Source: Haliotis rufescens (taxonomy: Eukaryota). Taken from it: a stretch of 64,000 bases of DNA. The stretch covers positions 62,001-126,000 of the forward strand of contig NW_025964190.1 of assembly GCF_023055435.1 (NCBI RefSeq), in the 5' to 3' direction. The position numbers and the translations under genes were made by a program. Position 1 is the first letter of the stretch. Every line of letters begins with the position of its first letter. The notes below the pieces were generated by a model. The model had not been told where the DNA came from. It worked only from the letters and a program-made list of their open reading frames with translations, and ran no database searches. Positions 50,460-63,735 of the stretch are shown piece after piece.

Positions 50460-50705
50460 GGAGCACGGGTGGCCCAATCATCTAAGTTGTTTCCCTTGGG
50501 CATGCTAGAAACCTGTGGGTTCGAATCCAGGCTCCCCCCGATTATGTTTCTAGGCTTGTCAGCACCATACCCGTGCTCGTGGGTTTCACCGAAGTGGTAA
50601 ACGTCTGAGACCTGCATCACTTAGGGCTTTCCTCCCACATTAAGCTGACACGCTGTGATATAACTGGAATATTGTTAAAAGCGGCGTTAAACCCACTCAC
50701 TCACT
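50460..50705 (+). mobile_element. SINE family C
   Basis: A and B boxes; TSD CTTGATGAGATG. Confidence 0.8.
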
Positions 50706-51817
50706 TGATGAGATGAGGCGACTATGCTTGTCGTAAGAGGCTACTAACAGGATCGGGTGGTCAGACTCGCTTACTTGGTTGATGCATATCATTGTATCCC
50801 AACTGCGTAGATCGATGCTTTTGATGTCAATCACTGGATTGTCTGGTCCAGACTCGATTATTTACAGACCGTCGTTATATAGCTGGAATATTGCTGACTG
50901 CGGCGTTAAACAACAAACAAGCAAAATATGAAGCAGAAATGTGCGTCCAGTACACACAAATGTATAGAATGGACACAGACAAAATAGTTTTTATGTTAAT
51001 TATACCAAATTCTTGACAAAAAATATATAGGTCCTGTAATTAAAGTAATTATAAAATCTTACAGTACAATACACTTCGCCGTTTTCTCACTTTACAGGAC
51101 CCTCATATTTGTGTAAAATACCCCCCAAAACTATTCAAAACCCAATTTCAATTAACTTGCGTACAGAAACGCATAAATGAAATGAAAAACTCAATTGTTT
51201 GAAAACAGCACGCGTAAATGCTCAATGAAGCTTTTTCAACATACGTACAACAAAGCTAATTTCCGAAACAATTACGAGTTAATTTACTTTCCGAGTCAAG
51301 CCTATGTTTAAACCGTTATATATATCTGAAAAACTATTTCATTTTTTAAAAATCTCAAAATGTTCACTCAGTTTGGGAAAAACCCAATAGAGTGATGAAT
51401 AGATGAGTGAAAAAAGATTGGTTACCCAACGAAAAATGTAATAACCCAATTAAAATAGAAACCTTCGAGTAAAAACTCAATTGCTCAAAAAATTATCTGG
51501 AACTCTGGTCATATTTCCTATAAGAACTAGCCTAGTGGTTAAAGCGTTCGCTTGTCATGCCAAAGACTTGGGTTCGATTCCCGACATGGGTACAACGTAT
51601 AAAGCCCATTTCTGGTGTCCCGTGCCGTGATAATTGCTATAATATTGCTAAAAGCAGCGTAAAACCATACTCACTCACTAAGAACTAATTAATATATTAA
51701 TCAATTATTGGGAATCCCCTGGACCTGAATTTTGTAAGAAAAGGTAAAACCACAGTGTGTTGAAACTAAGGGCAATCTGACCTGGCATCACTGTGAAGGG
51801 GTGTTGCTGTGTTGCAG

Positions 51818-51987
51818 GCAAGACGGAGATGGAGTTGCCGGAGGTACGGAAGGACGAGGAGGATGCCAACTTCCTGGACGTGTACCCCATGGTGTGGAAC
51901 CGCTTCAAGGAGGCTGGCTACGCCACCATGTACGCCGAGGATGAACCCTCCATCAGTACCTTCAACCTGCGCTTCAATGGATTCCAG
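51818..51987 (+). CDS. DUF229 gene, coding exon 2
   Basis: GKTEMELPE...YPMVWNRFKEAGYATMYAEDEPSISTFNLRFNGFQ; phases 1 and 0. Confidence 0.9.
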
Positions 51988-52020
51988 GTGACATGACAGC
52001 CTATCCGACACACAAGGAAG

Positions 52021-52181
52021 GGGGCGGTCGGGTAGCCTAGTGGTTAAAGCGTTCGCTCGTCACGCCGAAGACCCGGGTTCGATTCCCTCATGGGTACTAT
52101 GTGTGAAGCCCATTTCTGGTGTCCCCCCGCCATGATATTGCTGGAATATTGCTAAAAGCGGCGTAAAATCATACTCACTCA
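52021..52181 (+). mobile_element. SINE family A
   Basis: Full length; TSD CACAAGGAAG. Confidence 0.85.
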
Positions 52182-52689
52182 CAAGGAAGGGATTACCGTA
52201 TTCGACGTAATAGGTGCCCATTAAAAATAGAGGGCTCTTTTTAGAATATAAATTTTGTGCAAAAAAACAGACTTGAAAAAAATGAAAGATCATAAATTTC
52301 GTGGTTTATGCTGACAGCCTGAAATTTTACAAAAGAAAGGTCTGTGTGTATTATACACGACAGATATATTTTTCCAGAATTTAATTGCCCATATTTAAGG
52401 GTGCATATAACATGTATAACACACAAGTGCGTATTATACACGAATAAATAAGCCTTGTGTACATTGATCAATCGGAAGGGGTTCTAATTGGGATTGTTCA
52501 CAAGCCAGTATACACGTATTAGCAAATATCGCTGTGGGAGCTTATTAGAGTGGGGCGCTTATTGCGTCGAATACGGTATGTATCATATCAAACACTGATT
52601 ACAAGTTCACAAGTTGCAAACTGTTTATTGTTTATTAGTTTTCACATTTTGATCTATCTTTGGTGGCACGTGGTCCTGTGTACAGCGTA

Positions 52690-53074
52690 CAGATCACAAA
52701 TCAGGTGAAGTTAAGTCGGAGAGTAGTTGGATGGGTGACCACGTTGAGCAGCTTGACACCTGAGAGTTTCTAGGGCTTCGGTCCTGCCCCCACACTGAAG
52801 CACATGTACCACGTGTGGCGTCTCCTTGGACAAGTGACTTTGTTCGAAATGTGCCTCTGTTCACCCAGCAGTGAGTGGGTACCCGGTAGGATGAGATGGT
52901 AATGTGACTGTTGACCTTCTAGGACCTTACGGGCAGCTTTGGGTTGTATACTCCCCAGGGAGCTGAGAATGAAAATCGAGTGCTCACTGATCCGTTGACC
53001 GGGGTAATAATGTAGCACTTTGAGCATGAATTGCTGCATGGAGACCAGCGCGTTATAAGTGCACATTATTATTA
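52690..53074 (+). mobile_element. Probable SINE with 5S-like head remnant, CORE-like body and L2-type (ATT)n tail
   Basis: GAAGTTAAG...TTGGATGGGTGACC (5S box A/C-like); CTTGGACAAGTGACTT...CACCCAGCAGTGAGTGGGTACC; 3' end GCACTTTGAG...GCGTTATAAGTGCACATTATTATTAT. Confidence 0.5.
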
Positions 53075-53526
53075 TGCCTGGGGTCTGCCGGATTGGTTCT
53101 TCTAACTTGAAACAGTCTGGTGATAGGGCTGAGTCTGAAACATTAGCTAACTCAATAGTCCAACAAACGGTTTAATGACAGTGCCTTCAGAGCCTTATGA
53201 AGTATGATACGTGTTGCGATACGATACGTATCCTTATGCTATAGGTGTGTATCATTTGTGTAGAGTTGTATCATCGAGTTTACTCATGTATGAGTTTACA
53301 AGATGGTGACTGGCCGGTCAGGCAGAGATTTTATGACGCTTAATTGTAATAATGTTTCAGGGACTTGGGTGGCCCAGCAATTCACTCTAGTTGTCCACGT
53401 CTGAGTGTTTTGCTCACTCGTACCAAAAATAAGGAAGCCTTGGTGCTTACTGGCTGATTAGAATCTTCGCCTGGCACAACCTGTGCTGGAGTGTCATCAG
53501 ATATTTTTGCAGAGAAGTATCGTATC

Positions 53527-53909
53527 TACGGAAGCCTTTTAGAGCCATTTGTCTTTTTGGTTTTTTTCTTGAAATTTCAAGGTACTCACTTGAAATTTCA
53601 AGATGCTGTGTTAAAATTTCAAGATGCTAAGTTGAAATTTGAAGATACATACCGGTTTGTTGAAATTTCAAGATAATCATCTTAAAATTTTAAGATAATA
53701 AGTTGAAATTTCAAGATAATGATCCTAAAATTTTAAGATATTAAGTTGAAATTTCAAGATACTAATTTGAAATTTCATGATATTAACTTGAAATTTCAAT
53801 TTTTCTTGAATTTCAACTTAGTATGTGTCTTGAATTTTCAAGTTAGTACATGTATCTTGAAATTTCAAGAAAAAACAAACAAAACAAATGACCCTAACAG
53901 GTTTCCGTA
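53527..53909. mobile_element. MITE with internal 21-bp tandem repeats (TTGAAATTTCAAGAT)
   Basis: Inverted ends TACGGAAGCCT / AGGTTTCCGTA with an internal palindromic repeat array. Confidence 0.65.
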
Positions 53910-53976
53910 TGTGTCAGTGTGAAAGATCAGATTTTATTGAGACTGACTCAGCAACTTATTTTCTCCATGTTTTCAG

Positions 53977-54750
53977 GAATCCCCCGCTGACCACTACATG
54001 CGGCCATTCTGGCAGGCTATCTGGGAGTCCAGCCTTCGTTCACAGAGTCCGCGGTACAGCACCGGCACCACCCCTCACCACATCTACCTGCTGGACTATC
54101 TCAAAGACTTCTTTGTCAGCTACAACAATGTGTCGAGGTTCGCGTTCGGCTTCAGCGTGGAACTCACCCACTGGGACAACGACCCTGGAGAGTACATGGA
54201 CAGAGATCTTGTAGACTTCCTGCAATTTCTTCAGAAGAAGGGTTACCTTGACAACACAATGCTTGTCGTCATGGGCGACCATGGCGCCAGATACAGCAAG
54301 GTGCGGAATACGGTGCAGGGAAAGCTTGAAGAGAGACTCCCAATGATGTCGCTTGTGATGCCAGCGTGGTTTCTTCACGAATATCCACAAGCTAAAGCAG
54401 CTTTAAAACGGAACAGCAAACGTCTCACAACACCGTTTGATATTCATGAAACATTTTTAGATTTGTTGAATCTGGAACGATTGACGGTTCCCATTAATCC
54501 AGAACAGAGAGGGATGAGTGTTCTGAGAGACATTCCCAATAACCGGACATGTGCTTCAGCCAGAATAGACATCCATTGGTGCTCTTGTCTTCATCAAGTG
54601 CAGGTCAACCTGGAGGATAAGTTTGTTATGACAGCGTCCGAGGAGGTCGTCAACTACATCAATGGGTTGACAAGGAAACTTCGTGGCAACTGCACGGAAC
54701 TAAGTCTCAAGAGAATATACACTGCTTACATGGTGTTGCCTAATGAGAAG
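53977..54750 (+). CDS. DUF229 gene, coding exon 3
   Basis: ESPADHYMRPF...ELTHWD...VMGDHG...EERLP...TPFDIHET...HWCSC; acceptor TTTTCAG, donor AAG|GTAGGT. Confidence 0.92.
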
Positions 54751-54793
54751 GTAGGTTGAAAAGTCTGACAAGGTTCCTCATAGTGCTGCCGTA

Positions 54794-55219
54794 CAGTGCT
54801 CCAGATAACTTTTTGAACAATTGAGTTTTTTCCTCGAAGGGTTCTATTCTTATTGGTTTATTTCATTTTTGATTGGGTAACCAATCTTTTTTCACTCATC
54901 TGTACTATTTTGTTTTTTACCCAAATGAGTAAACATTTTTAAATTTAAAAAAAATGAAATAATGTTTTAGATATATATATAATGGTACTAAATATAGACT
55001 TGACCGGGAAATTAAATTAGCTCGTAATTGTGTTTTGGAAATTAGCTTTGTTGTACGCATGCTTAAAAAGCTTCATTGGGAATTTACGTGTGCTGTTTTT
55101 ATACATTTGAGTTTTTCATAAAATACATGCGTTTCTGTACACAAGTTAATTGAACGTAATTGGGTTTTGAATATTTTGGGGGGTATTTTAGGCAAATACG
55201 CAGTTTATCTGTAGCTCTG
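54794..55219. mobile_element. Related CAG(T/A)GCTCCAGATAA MITE
   Basis: Imperfect TIRs with flanks GCCGTA/GCGGTA; related partial copies at ~51090-51507 and ~57726-57830. Confidence 0.65.
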
Positions 55220-56191
55220 GCGGTAGTTTCTTCGTTCATTGACACCTCTGTTTTGCAGTGTTCTTCTGACCGGTAATTAACAGTTTTTAACCAGTAAAAT
55301 TAGGCTTGGACCGGTAATTCATGTGACTGCCAGTCCCTGTGGGCCAGCAAATAAATAGAGGATTCATCACGAGTGTTTTTTAATATGGGAAATATCAACC
55401 GAGTCTTAGTTAATCGGTATTTGCCGAGCCTTTGGCGAGGCAAATACCGATTAACGGGACGAGGTTGATATTTCCCATATTAAAAAACACTCGTGATGAA
55501 TTCTATTTATCATTTTCACATTTTTACTTCCAAATTAAGGAATAATTGCATTAAACATTAACATCAGCAACTTGTCGAAATCTTACGTATAGATCGTGCG
55601 TAGTGATACATGTTTTCCATAGCCATGTAAACCAAAATAAACAATTCGCTGAGAAAAAAAGTTCCTCGGATTATTTGAAACAAAATACTTGAACAGACTT
55701 TTGCAGAATAATTGAAACTTTAATAACGGTAACAACAACGATTCTGTGTAATCTGATTATATCTCTGGTGTAACTTCACTTATAATATATAGTTTCAAAT
55801 CAAACCGCTCGCTCTTCCGGTTATCTAATTTGCATATCTAATTTGCATACTTATGTCATTGGGGTATGACATACATGTTTTTATGTCATAAGCTTATGTC
55901 ATGGATAAATGCTTAAGTTAAATGATAAAGTACCTTATAAATCTTTGTTGTTGAACAAAACATTGCAGATATTTTTCGAACTAAGTCAAGTAGTCTGTTA
56001 CAAGGTTTCCCCTTGTCTATTATCAGTGCATGGCAATGGCATTCAGCTTTGCTATAGGTTAAATATATATTTGTTGCGACTTTTTAAAAAAAATATTTAG
56101 AAAAAAAGAAGGTAAAATTGTGACTGAACTTTGTGTGAATAACACGTAGTTCTAACTAAGTTACTTCAGAGATGACGTCATTGCATTGATG

Positions 56192-56697
56192 CAGAGCTCC
56201 AGATAAGATGTGTATCTGCGTAAAATACGCATCAGAAATGCAGAAATATGCAGTAAAATAAAATCCAAGCGTATCAAATACGCATCGAACATTACAGATA
56301 CTCTACAAAAATAAAACTTGTGCGTATCATCAAAATATTGTGAAGTAACCCTGCGTATTTGATTAGCAAATCAGCAACTTATTTTGAAATTATATATGGG
56401 CATTCTGTCAACCTTGCCAAACTCCATGGTGACAGTTAAATCATGATCATTTTCCATCACACTTTCTTGTGGAAGTATCGTGGTATTTTTGAGTCCTATA
56501 AAGCTCTCCAACCCACACGACACCAGTTTGCAGGGACTAGATAAATGGTGTTTTTAAATATTTAATTTAAATACCCACATGTGTAAAAACTAGTGGGTAA
56601 CAGAACTTTGAATACCCAGATAGAATTACTGATACCCAATGATTTTAAAATGCATGGGTAAAAAACCCACAACACCAAAAGCTTATCTGGAGCTCTG
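56192..56697. mobile_element. CAGAGCTCCAGATAAG MITE, opposite orientation, 6-bp TSD TTGATG
   Basis: TIRs and TSD are directly visible. Confidence 0.85.
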
Positions 56698-57310
56698 TTG
56701 ATGTACATGATGTCGACAGGTAATTTGTAGATGGTTTTTTTTCTGTTGAAAGTCACAACTGACAAAAATTAGATGGGACTGGTAATGGTTAGAGTTGGAA
56801 GTCGAGCAGAACTGGCAGTTTCAAAAGCTGGCGGGAACACTGCTGTTTTGTCATTTTTCAGCTTTTTGATTCCATCTTGACTTAAAATAATTAAAGAAAC
56901 ATCACTTCAACCACTGATTCCACCTTTCACTTTGATTTCACTTTGAACAGGACTGTCCAGTTTTAATCCTGTGGGGTTTTCGGGGTAAAATATAGGTTCC
57001 ACAACCCATGCTTGATGTAAGAGGCGACCAAATGTGTTGGTTGATTGTAACTTGGTTGATTGATGTCATCGTATCCCAATTGCGTGGATCGATGCTCATG
57101 ATGTCAATCAGTGGATTTTCTGGTTGAGACTTGATTATTTATAGACCATAATCACATAGCTTGAATACTGCTGACTGGGGAGTCAAAAAACAAAACAAAA
57201 TCAAAACAAATCATGGATCAGCGAGTCATTATGTCGGCTTGACATTTTTAATTATAACCTCAGGAAAAAAATTATGTTTTGTACTGACATTGCCTTCACC
57301 ATCTTCGCAG

Positions 57311-57622
57311 GTCCTGAAGTTCCAAAAATCAACTGACCCAGATGCGAGGAATGCTAATTTTAGTAGATCGGTTGACCTTGACAAAGCTCATTATCAAATC
57401 ACCCTGGAGACGAGTCCCAGCGACGCCATCTATGAGGTTACAGTTCAGGTCGACTTTCGGAACGAGACGTACCACTATCACGTGACTCCGGAGATCAGCC
57501 GCCTCAATCTCTATGGAGACCAGCCCAAGTGTATTCAGAAACACCATCCTGACCTCAGGAAGTACTGTTACTGTCAGGAATTTGTAAAACCAGACATCCA
57601 GGTCAGGAAGGGAATGGCTTAG
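57311..57622 (+). CDS. DUF229 gene, last coding exon
   Basis: VLKFQKS...YQITLETSPSDAIYEVTV...ISRLNLYGDQPKCI...LRKYCYC...GMA*; total about 868 aa. Confidence 0.9.
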   Translation, partial: VLKFQKSTDPDARNANFSRSVDLDKAHYQITLETSPSDAIYEVTVQVDFRNETYHYHVTPEISRLNLYGDQPKCIQKHHPDLRKYCYCQEFVKPDIQVRKGMA

Positions 57623-59502
57623 AGCCCAGTGTGTTCAGAGACACGCTCAAATCTCTATAGGTTGGGTTTGGAAACCCTTTCCCCCTACTGACCTGCATTG
57701 GGAAGTGCTGTTTTTGTTGGGAGTGCAGAGCTACAAATAAGCAGCGTATTTGTGTAAAATACCCCCCAAAAACTATTCAAAATCCAATTACTTTCAGTTA
57801 ACTTGCGTACAGAAACGCATGCATTAAATCCGGACCCGAGGGAGCAACCATTTAATTTTTTTAAGGTGGGGGGGGCTTGATTTTATATATAAAAAAATCT
57901 AGCCCCTGTTTCGCTGAATTTGTTTTTCCATATGCCTCACATTGTAGAAAAAACAATAATGTTCCCCTTTCTTGCAGGCAAGTGTCCAAAGAATGTAGTA
58001 CGTTATTTTATCTATATAAAACTTTTTTTTTGAGTACCTGTTTATGTTGAAAAAATATCAAATCCTGAATATTACCAAAACTAATGCTGATCTCAAACCA
58101 AAATCTCCACCACAAACCCTACCCCCGGGATCTGCCACTGGGGGTGGGGAAGTGTTGGGAGATCAGGCCAGGGGTCATGGAGAAGGTGCTTAGAGTCGAC
58201 AGTTGCCAGTGTATGAAAACTATGTATTAATATAAGGCTAAAAAAGATAATAGTCTTTGTTCTCAGGCACCGCGTGCATCATCATAAAGTTTGCCAAACG
58301 TTTCGATTTTATTTCCATTTAAAAAAAAAATCCTTAAATATTCCCACTCCAACGTGGTCAATTACTGAATTCCAGTATTTTACATTGTACTCATCAAGGA
58401 ATACATTTATGTAGGGAGGCCCTTTCCAAGGTTGATTGTGCACAATTGTATATTTGGTTACACAATTGTATATTTGGTTACACAACTGTTTATTTGGTTA
58501 CATACTAGTTTGAACACAAATCCATCTGCCCCCACACACTTTATTTTCAAAAGCCATTGCCTGAGAACCAATTCTTTTATTTGTTTAAGCCTCATCATTT
58601 GCAAGCAGTCCAAATGATCCTATTAATTACGTCATGTGTTCCAAATGAAATATTTTGAGATTCCAAAGTGAAAGTATTGTTGCATTTATGTCCAGTTGCA
58701 CTATTTTAATATTTTACAAAGATTATGATACTCTGCTCATGTCAGATACAGATAGGCTAACCCCGGACGTATATACAAAGGATAGGAAGCCTGCAGTGAT
58801 AGCCTTCGCCGATGTGCGCCGCGCATCCGGGCCAAGCCAATCGACAACACATGTGAAAGACCCCCTCCCGTGAGGCGAGAGTGGTCGAACGTTGGTCATC
58901 TGGCGCTTGCGCAATGCCTAGTTTATCGACTTCCTTAGTTACCCAAACTTCCGGATAATAGCGCGTGTCAGAATTCTATACACGTCTTTGGGCTAACAGA
59001 CTTTGTGGTTTTGGGCCAGTTTGCAGAATATTAAAGTATTTGTTGAATTATGATACTCAAGATACCAAATTGGTAAAACACGATGAATGGCCAGATTACA
59101 AAATAGAACCCTGATTATCCAAACAGTATTTTACAAGTGAAATAATCCAATCATGGATTTCTATCATTGGGATGAATGAATATTGTTTTACGCAGCATCA
59201 GCATTTTTCCAGCTATTCACGGAGATCTATCATTGAGAGCTGTAATGTCCTCTGACTACATCTCGATGTCCCAGCAGTTATTGTCTGGATTAACAGGGGC
59301 CAGATTAACAGGGTTTTACTGTGCACAAAAGAGTAAATGGCCAGTTCACAAAATGAAATAGTTTTATTTATTTACAATGTAAATGTTGCTTTTTCTACAG
59401 AAGGTACAGATATAAGGTCAGAGAAATTATGGCCAGTTTGTCATGTTTACAAAATATAAACTTTTGTTGATTGTAGTGAATTATGATGCTTTAGGTCTAT
59501 AC

Positions 59503-60440
59503 TAGGGGTGTCACGATAAATGGAAATATCGATATGTTGCTATTGGTAAGCACATAAAGTCAATAAATCGATTGTTAAATCAGTTTCTGATCAATCGTGT
59601 CAATTCTAGTTAGGAATATCGATAGTTTAAATTGTATTTACCATATCATGTGATTGAGTCACCAAAACACGCTCGCGAATGCAGCCGAGTGAGGATTAGA
59701 GTTAACTGCCCTTGGTGCTTAGCAACCGGTCTTTCTTCAAGTAAAATGGCGGAGGGTGACAGTCAAGTGGAGTTTGTGACAAATTTGGGTGGAAAATCGA
59801 GTGTTTGGAAGTCTTATGGTTATCACATTCAAAGGAAACTTCACTTCCAGGGTTTAATTTAACTCTAAAATCAATCTAAAAAGATACGCTGAAAACTATC
59901 GATATTTATCGCAATAGTTGCTTGCAATATCAATAGTTATCGCAATAGTTTCTTTCAATATCAATAGTTATCGCAATAGTTTCTTTCAATATCAATAGTT
60001 ATCGCAATAGTTTCTTTCAATATCAATAGTTATCAAAATAGTTTCTTTCAATATCAATAGTTATTGCAATAGTTTCTTTCAATATCAATAGTTATCGCAA
60101 TAGTTTCTTTCAATATCAATAGTTATCGCAATAGTTTCTTTCAATATCAATAGTTATCGCAATAGTTTCTTTCAATATCAATAGTTATCAAAATAGTTTC
60201 TTTCAATATCAATAGTTATTGCAATAGTTTCTTTCAATATCAATAGTTATTGCAATAGTTTCTTTCAATATCAATAGTTATCGCAATAGTTTCTTTCAAT
60301 ATCAATAGTTATTGCAATAGTTTCTTTCAATATCAATAGTTATCGCAATAGTTTCTTTCAATATCAATAGTTATCGCAATAGTTTCTTTCAAAATCAATA
60401 GTTATCGCAATAGTGATTTCCGGACCAATAGTCACCCCTA
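59503..60440 (+). mobile_element. Internally deleted hAT transposon with 31-bp satellite
   Basis: TAGGGGTG/CACCCCTA ends; 8-bp TSD GTCTATAC/GTCTATGC; remnant MAEG...KSSVWKSYG resembling a BED-finger start; 31-bp tandem array at ~59910-60412. Confidence 0.8.
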
Positions 60441-62113
60441 GTCTATGCACACTAGCTTAGACGTATCATCGATTCATACCCAACTTCAAAAATTATTTGT
60501 GGAATGATACTCCAGAGATAAATTCACTAGATATACAAGATAAAATGGGTAGTTTTCAGTGAACACAATATTTGTTATTTTCAATAAATTATTATCACAT
60601 TTATACTGAAGATATTTGATATTAATGACTTTGACAGCTGTTTGGAGATCCATTGCCACATCTGTCACAATTTTCCTTACGTATTGATGTGGATAATTCA
60701 TTGGCTGTGAAAATAGATATTTATGTGTTTGTTTGCCTTTGGAAATTTGAACCAGTTTAAAAACTGGAGGTTTTTTCATTGGGTCGAACAACAAGATCAC
60801 AGTCTGTTGTGTTAGCCACAAGTGCGAAACGTGAGTCGAAGGAGTGGAACATCTTTTGTGGTAACCTGATACATCTGCTGATGTGTTTCTCGTGTGTCAA
60901 GTGTATAAAATGTGTACCAGTTTAAAAAACTAGTGATATATATTGATTGACTGAGTCAAGGTTGATGTCACGGACTATACCACGGTTTGGGTATAGTATT
61001 GTGTATTGTATTTTGTATTATTGTATTATTGTATTTTGTATTATTGTATTATTGTTTTGTATTTTGAGGGGAAGGAATGGTTATTACTTCGTCATGGAGT
61101 TGGAGAGTATTACGTAAACTTAGCTCAGTAGGTTTACTTGCTTATAATTGATTGGCTGTTTTAAACTTCTGCTTCTGATTGGTTTGAAAGTATTTTAAAT
61201 ACTATTCAGAAGCTTTTTGTTACATTAATCATGTTTTTTTAATTTGGGATGCCTTATGGAAATTTGATTATTGGCCGCTATGTTTTGTTTTAAAACCACA
61301 AGCCTGTTTTTGAGACAATGATCGTTCGTTGTAGGTCAAGGTCATCCCCAAGGTCATTGCCTTAAAGAAACTGAATTATGGACTAACTTATCAAGCTTGT
61401 TGGTCACTGAAACTTGGTACATGCTTTTTGCTTTTTAGAGAGCTAAAAAGGTCAAGATCACTGTAACGTTTTATGAAGTATTTGTGTCATTTTGTATACC
61501 ATGCGTTGTACTTATATGGTTGTACAATTTGAGTACTTACATCACAAGAAATGACAATCTTATCATCTTATCAGTTGTATGTCTCACTATTGATGGTGAC
61601 CTACTTTCATCGTATCATGATTAGTGTCTCAAAATACGTAACCTGCCATTGCCTTCCAAACACATCGGTCGTTGAAATGTATTTTCGGGAAGACGTGACA
61701 GACAGATTACCAGCAACGACTGAACTAAGTGTGCATCGTTGGATTATTGTTGGCCCATGAAGATCCAGGTTAGAATTGGTCTTCAGCAATCCATGCTTGT
61801 CTCCCCCTGTGAAGTTCCGGGGTAGAATAGGTCTTCAGCAACCCATGCTTGTCGTAAAGGCGACAATCCTTGTCGTAAGAGGCGACTAACGGGATCGGGG
61901 GTCAGGCTCGCTGACCTGGTTGATGCATGTCATCGTGTCCCGATTGTGTGGATCGATGCTCATAATATCAATCACTGGATTGTCATCGTGTCCCGATTGT
62001 GTAGATCTTTACAAGGTTTACAGGTTATTTGCCAATGAGTTAATTCATGTATGTCAAATGAAATGATAAGAATCACTTGCGGTATATTTATATGCATTTA
62101 CTTCAATCAGAGA

Positions 62114-62289
62114 GGGGTGGTCGGGTAGCCCAGTGGTTAAAGCGTTCGCTCGTCACGCCGAAGACCCGGGTTCGATTCCCGACATGGGTACAATGTGTGA
62201 AGCCCATTTCTGGTGTCCCCCGCCGTGATATTGCTGGAATATTGCTAAAAGCGGCGTAAAATCAAACTCACTCACTCACTCACTCACTC
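62114..62289 (+). mobile_element. SINE family A
   Basis: Consensus-like copy; TSD ATCAGAGA. Confidence 0.88.
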
Positions 62290-62641
62290 CATCAGAGAAA
62301 GCTTTATAAAGTGTTTATAAAGTATACTACTCAAAACAAGTTAAAGAACGCCCATAATTGGAAGGCTGCGTGTTGCAACACCCACCAGTCATGACAAATT
62401 AACTTTCATAGGAAAAAAATAATTCCTTAACTTCTTTTGAGTAGTATATATGTATTGGCCGGAGGGTGTATAAAGGCAATTTATTATTTTATTTTTGAAA
62501 TGTGTAATGTGTAGTTTTTTAATCCATAAATAATAGAGTTGTCTTTTTATCTTTTATTTTCTGATTGTCCTTTTTGCTCCAGTTATTTGAAAGTCATTAA
62601 TCGAAATCATGGTTGCGAGAAATGAGACAAAACATACGACC

Positions 62642-62804
62642 ATAAGGAAGAGGATTAATGGATGTCAACTTCTTTATTATGAGGAACACAACATTTTGGA
62701 GTATAAAATTAATCCTTCAGGTGAATGAAGGGGTAAGTATGTACTCTGAAACGTTGTGTTCCTCGTAATAAAGAAGTTGACATCCATAAATTCTCTTCCT
62801 TATG
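62642..62804. repeat. ~160-bp imperfect palindrome, possibly a Penelope-like element end
   Basis: Arms CATAAGGAAGAG...CCTTCA and TGAAGG...GAAACGTTGTG...AATAAA...CTCTTCCTTATG. Confidence 0.55.
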
Positions 62805-63502
62805 TGTATCACTTCTGAATGCCATTTAAAGACTTGATCCAACCTTACTTGTGTAAGAACTTTGCCAGAGTTCTCTGGTTAACCATGGAGTACATGCTGA
62901 ATGTCATGAAGGTCATGAATGTCATGTCAGAAAGCATGCTTCAGTCGTTCTGTTATGTTCTTCCCTCAGTATATACCGTATTCGACGTAATAAGCGCCCC
63001 GCTCTAATAAACACCCACGGCAATATTTGCTAATATAATTGCTAGTGAACAATCCCAATTAGCACCCTTTCCGATTGAGCAATGTACACAAGACTTATTT
63101 ATACGTGTATAATATGCACCCTTAATTATGGGCAGTTAAATTCTGGAAAAATATGTGTGTGGTATATGAAGATTTCAGGCTGTCAGCATAAACCACGAAA
63201 TTTACAATCTTTCACCTCTGTTTTTTCACCAAAATAATATTCTAATAAGAGCCCCCTATTTCTAATTTTGAGAGCACCCAGGGTGCTCATTATGTGGAAT
63301 ACGGTAGCATTGGTCTTCTATTACCCAAACCTGATCAGTGGGGTGTTTTCCCTTCCAATGTAGATACACATAGCCAGCATTAGAAACCCCTGCTGCAGGT
63401 AATGCCACCCAGTCAGTAGGTTTAATAGGTGGTAGGGTGAGGTGAAATGGGGTTTAACGTTACATTCAAGATTGTTGCACTCATACGGCGATGTGCATGA
63501 TG

Positions 63503-63735
63503 TGTGTGTGGCTGCTTGTACTAGTCCGGGCTAATGCTGGTTTGTTAGGGTTAGCCCACTGAGATACCATGCCAGTTTAACATGAATACCCCACTCAGAC
63601 ACAGTATACTGACTCCGAGCCGACCAGTCCTTGTTTCAGCCCTGAACGCCAGGCAGGTTAACAACAAGTACCATCTCTTGGTATGACTCAGCCAGAGATT
63701 AAAGTAATGATATTTAATCTCCGCTCTATCCACTA
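63503..63735 (-). mobile_element. SINE family D (reverse)
   Basis: Reverse complement of the 6463-6740 body. Confidence 0.7.

Noticed and set aside
52690-52745. 5S rRNA gene
   Set aside because: Only short box-like remnants, followed by a SINE-type body.
58740-58980. GC-rich patch as ncRNA or exon
   Set aside because: No recognisable motif, splice context or homology could be supported from the sequence alone.
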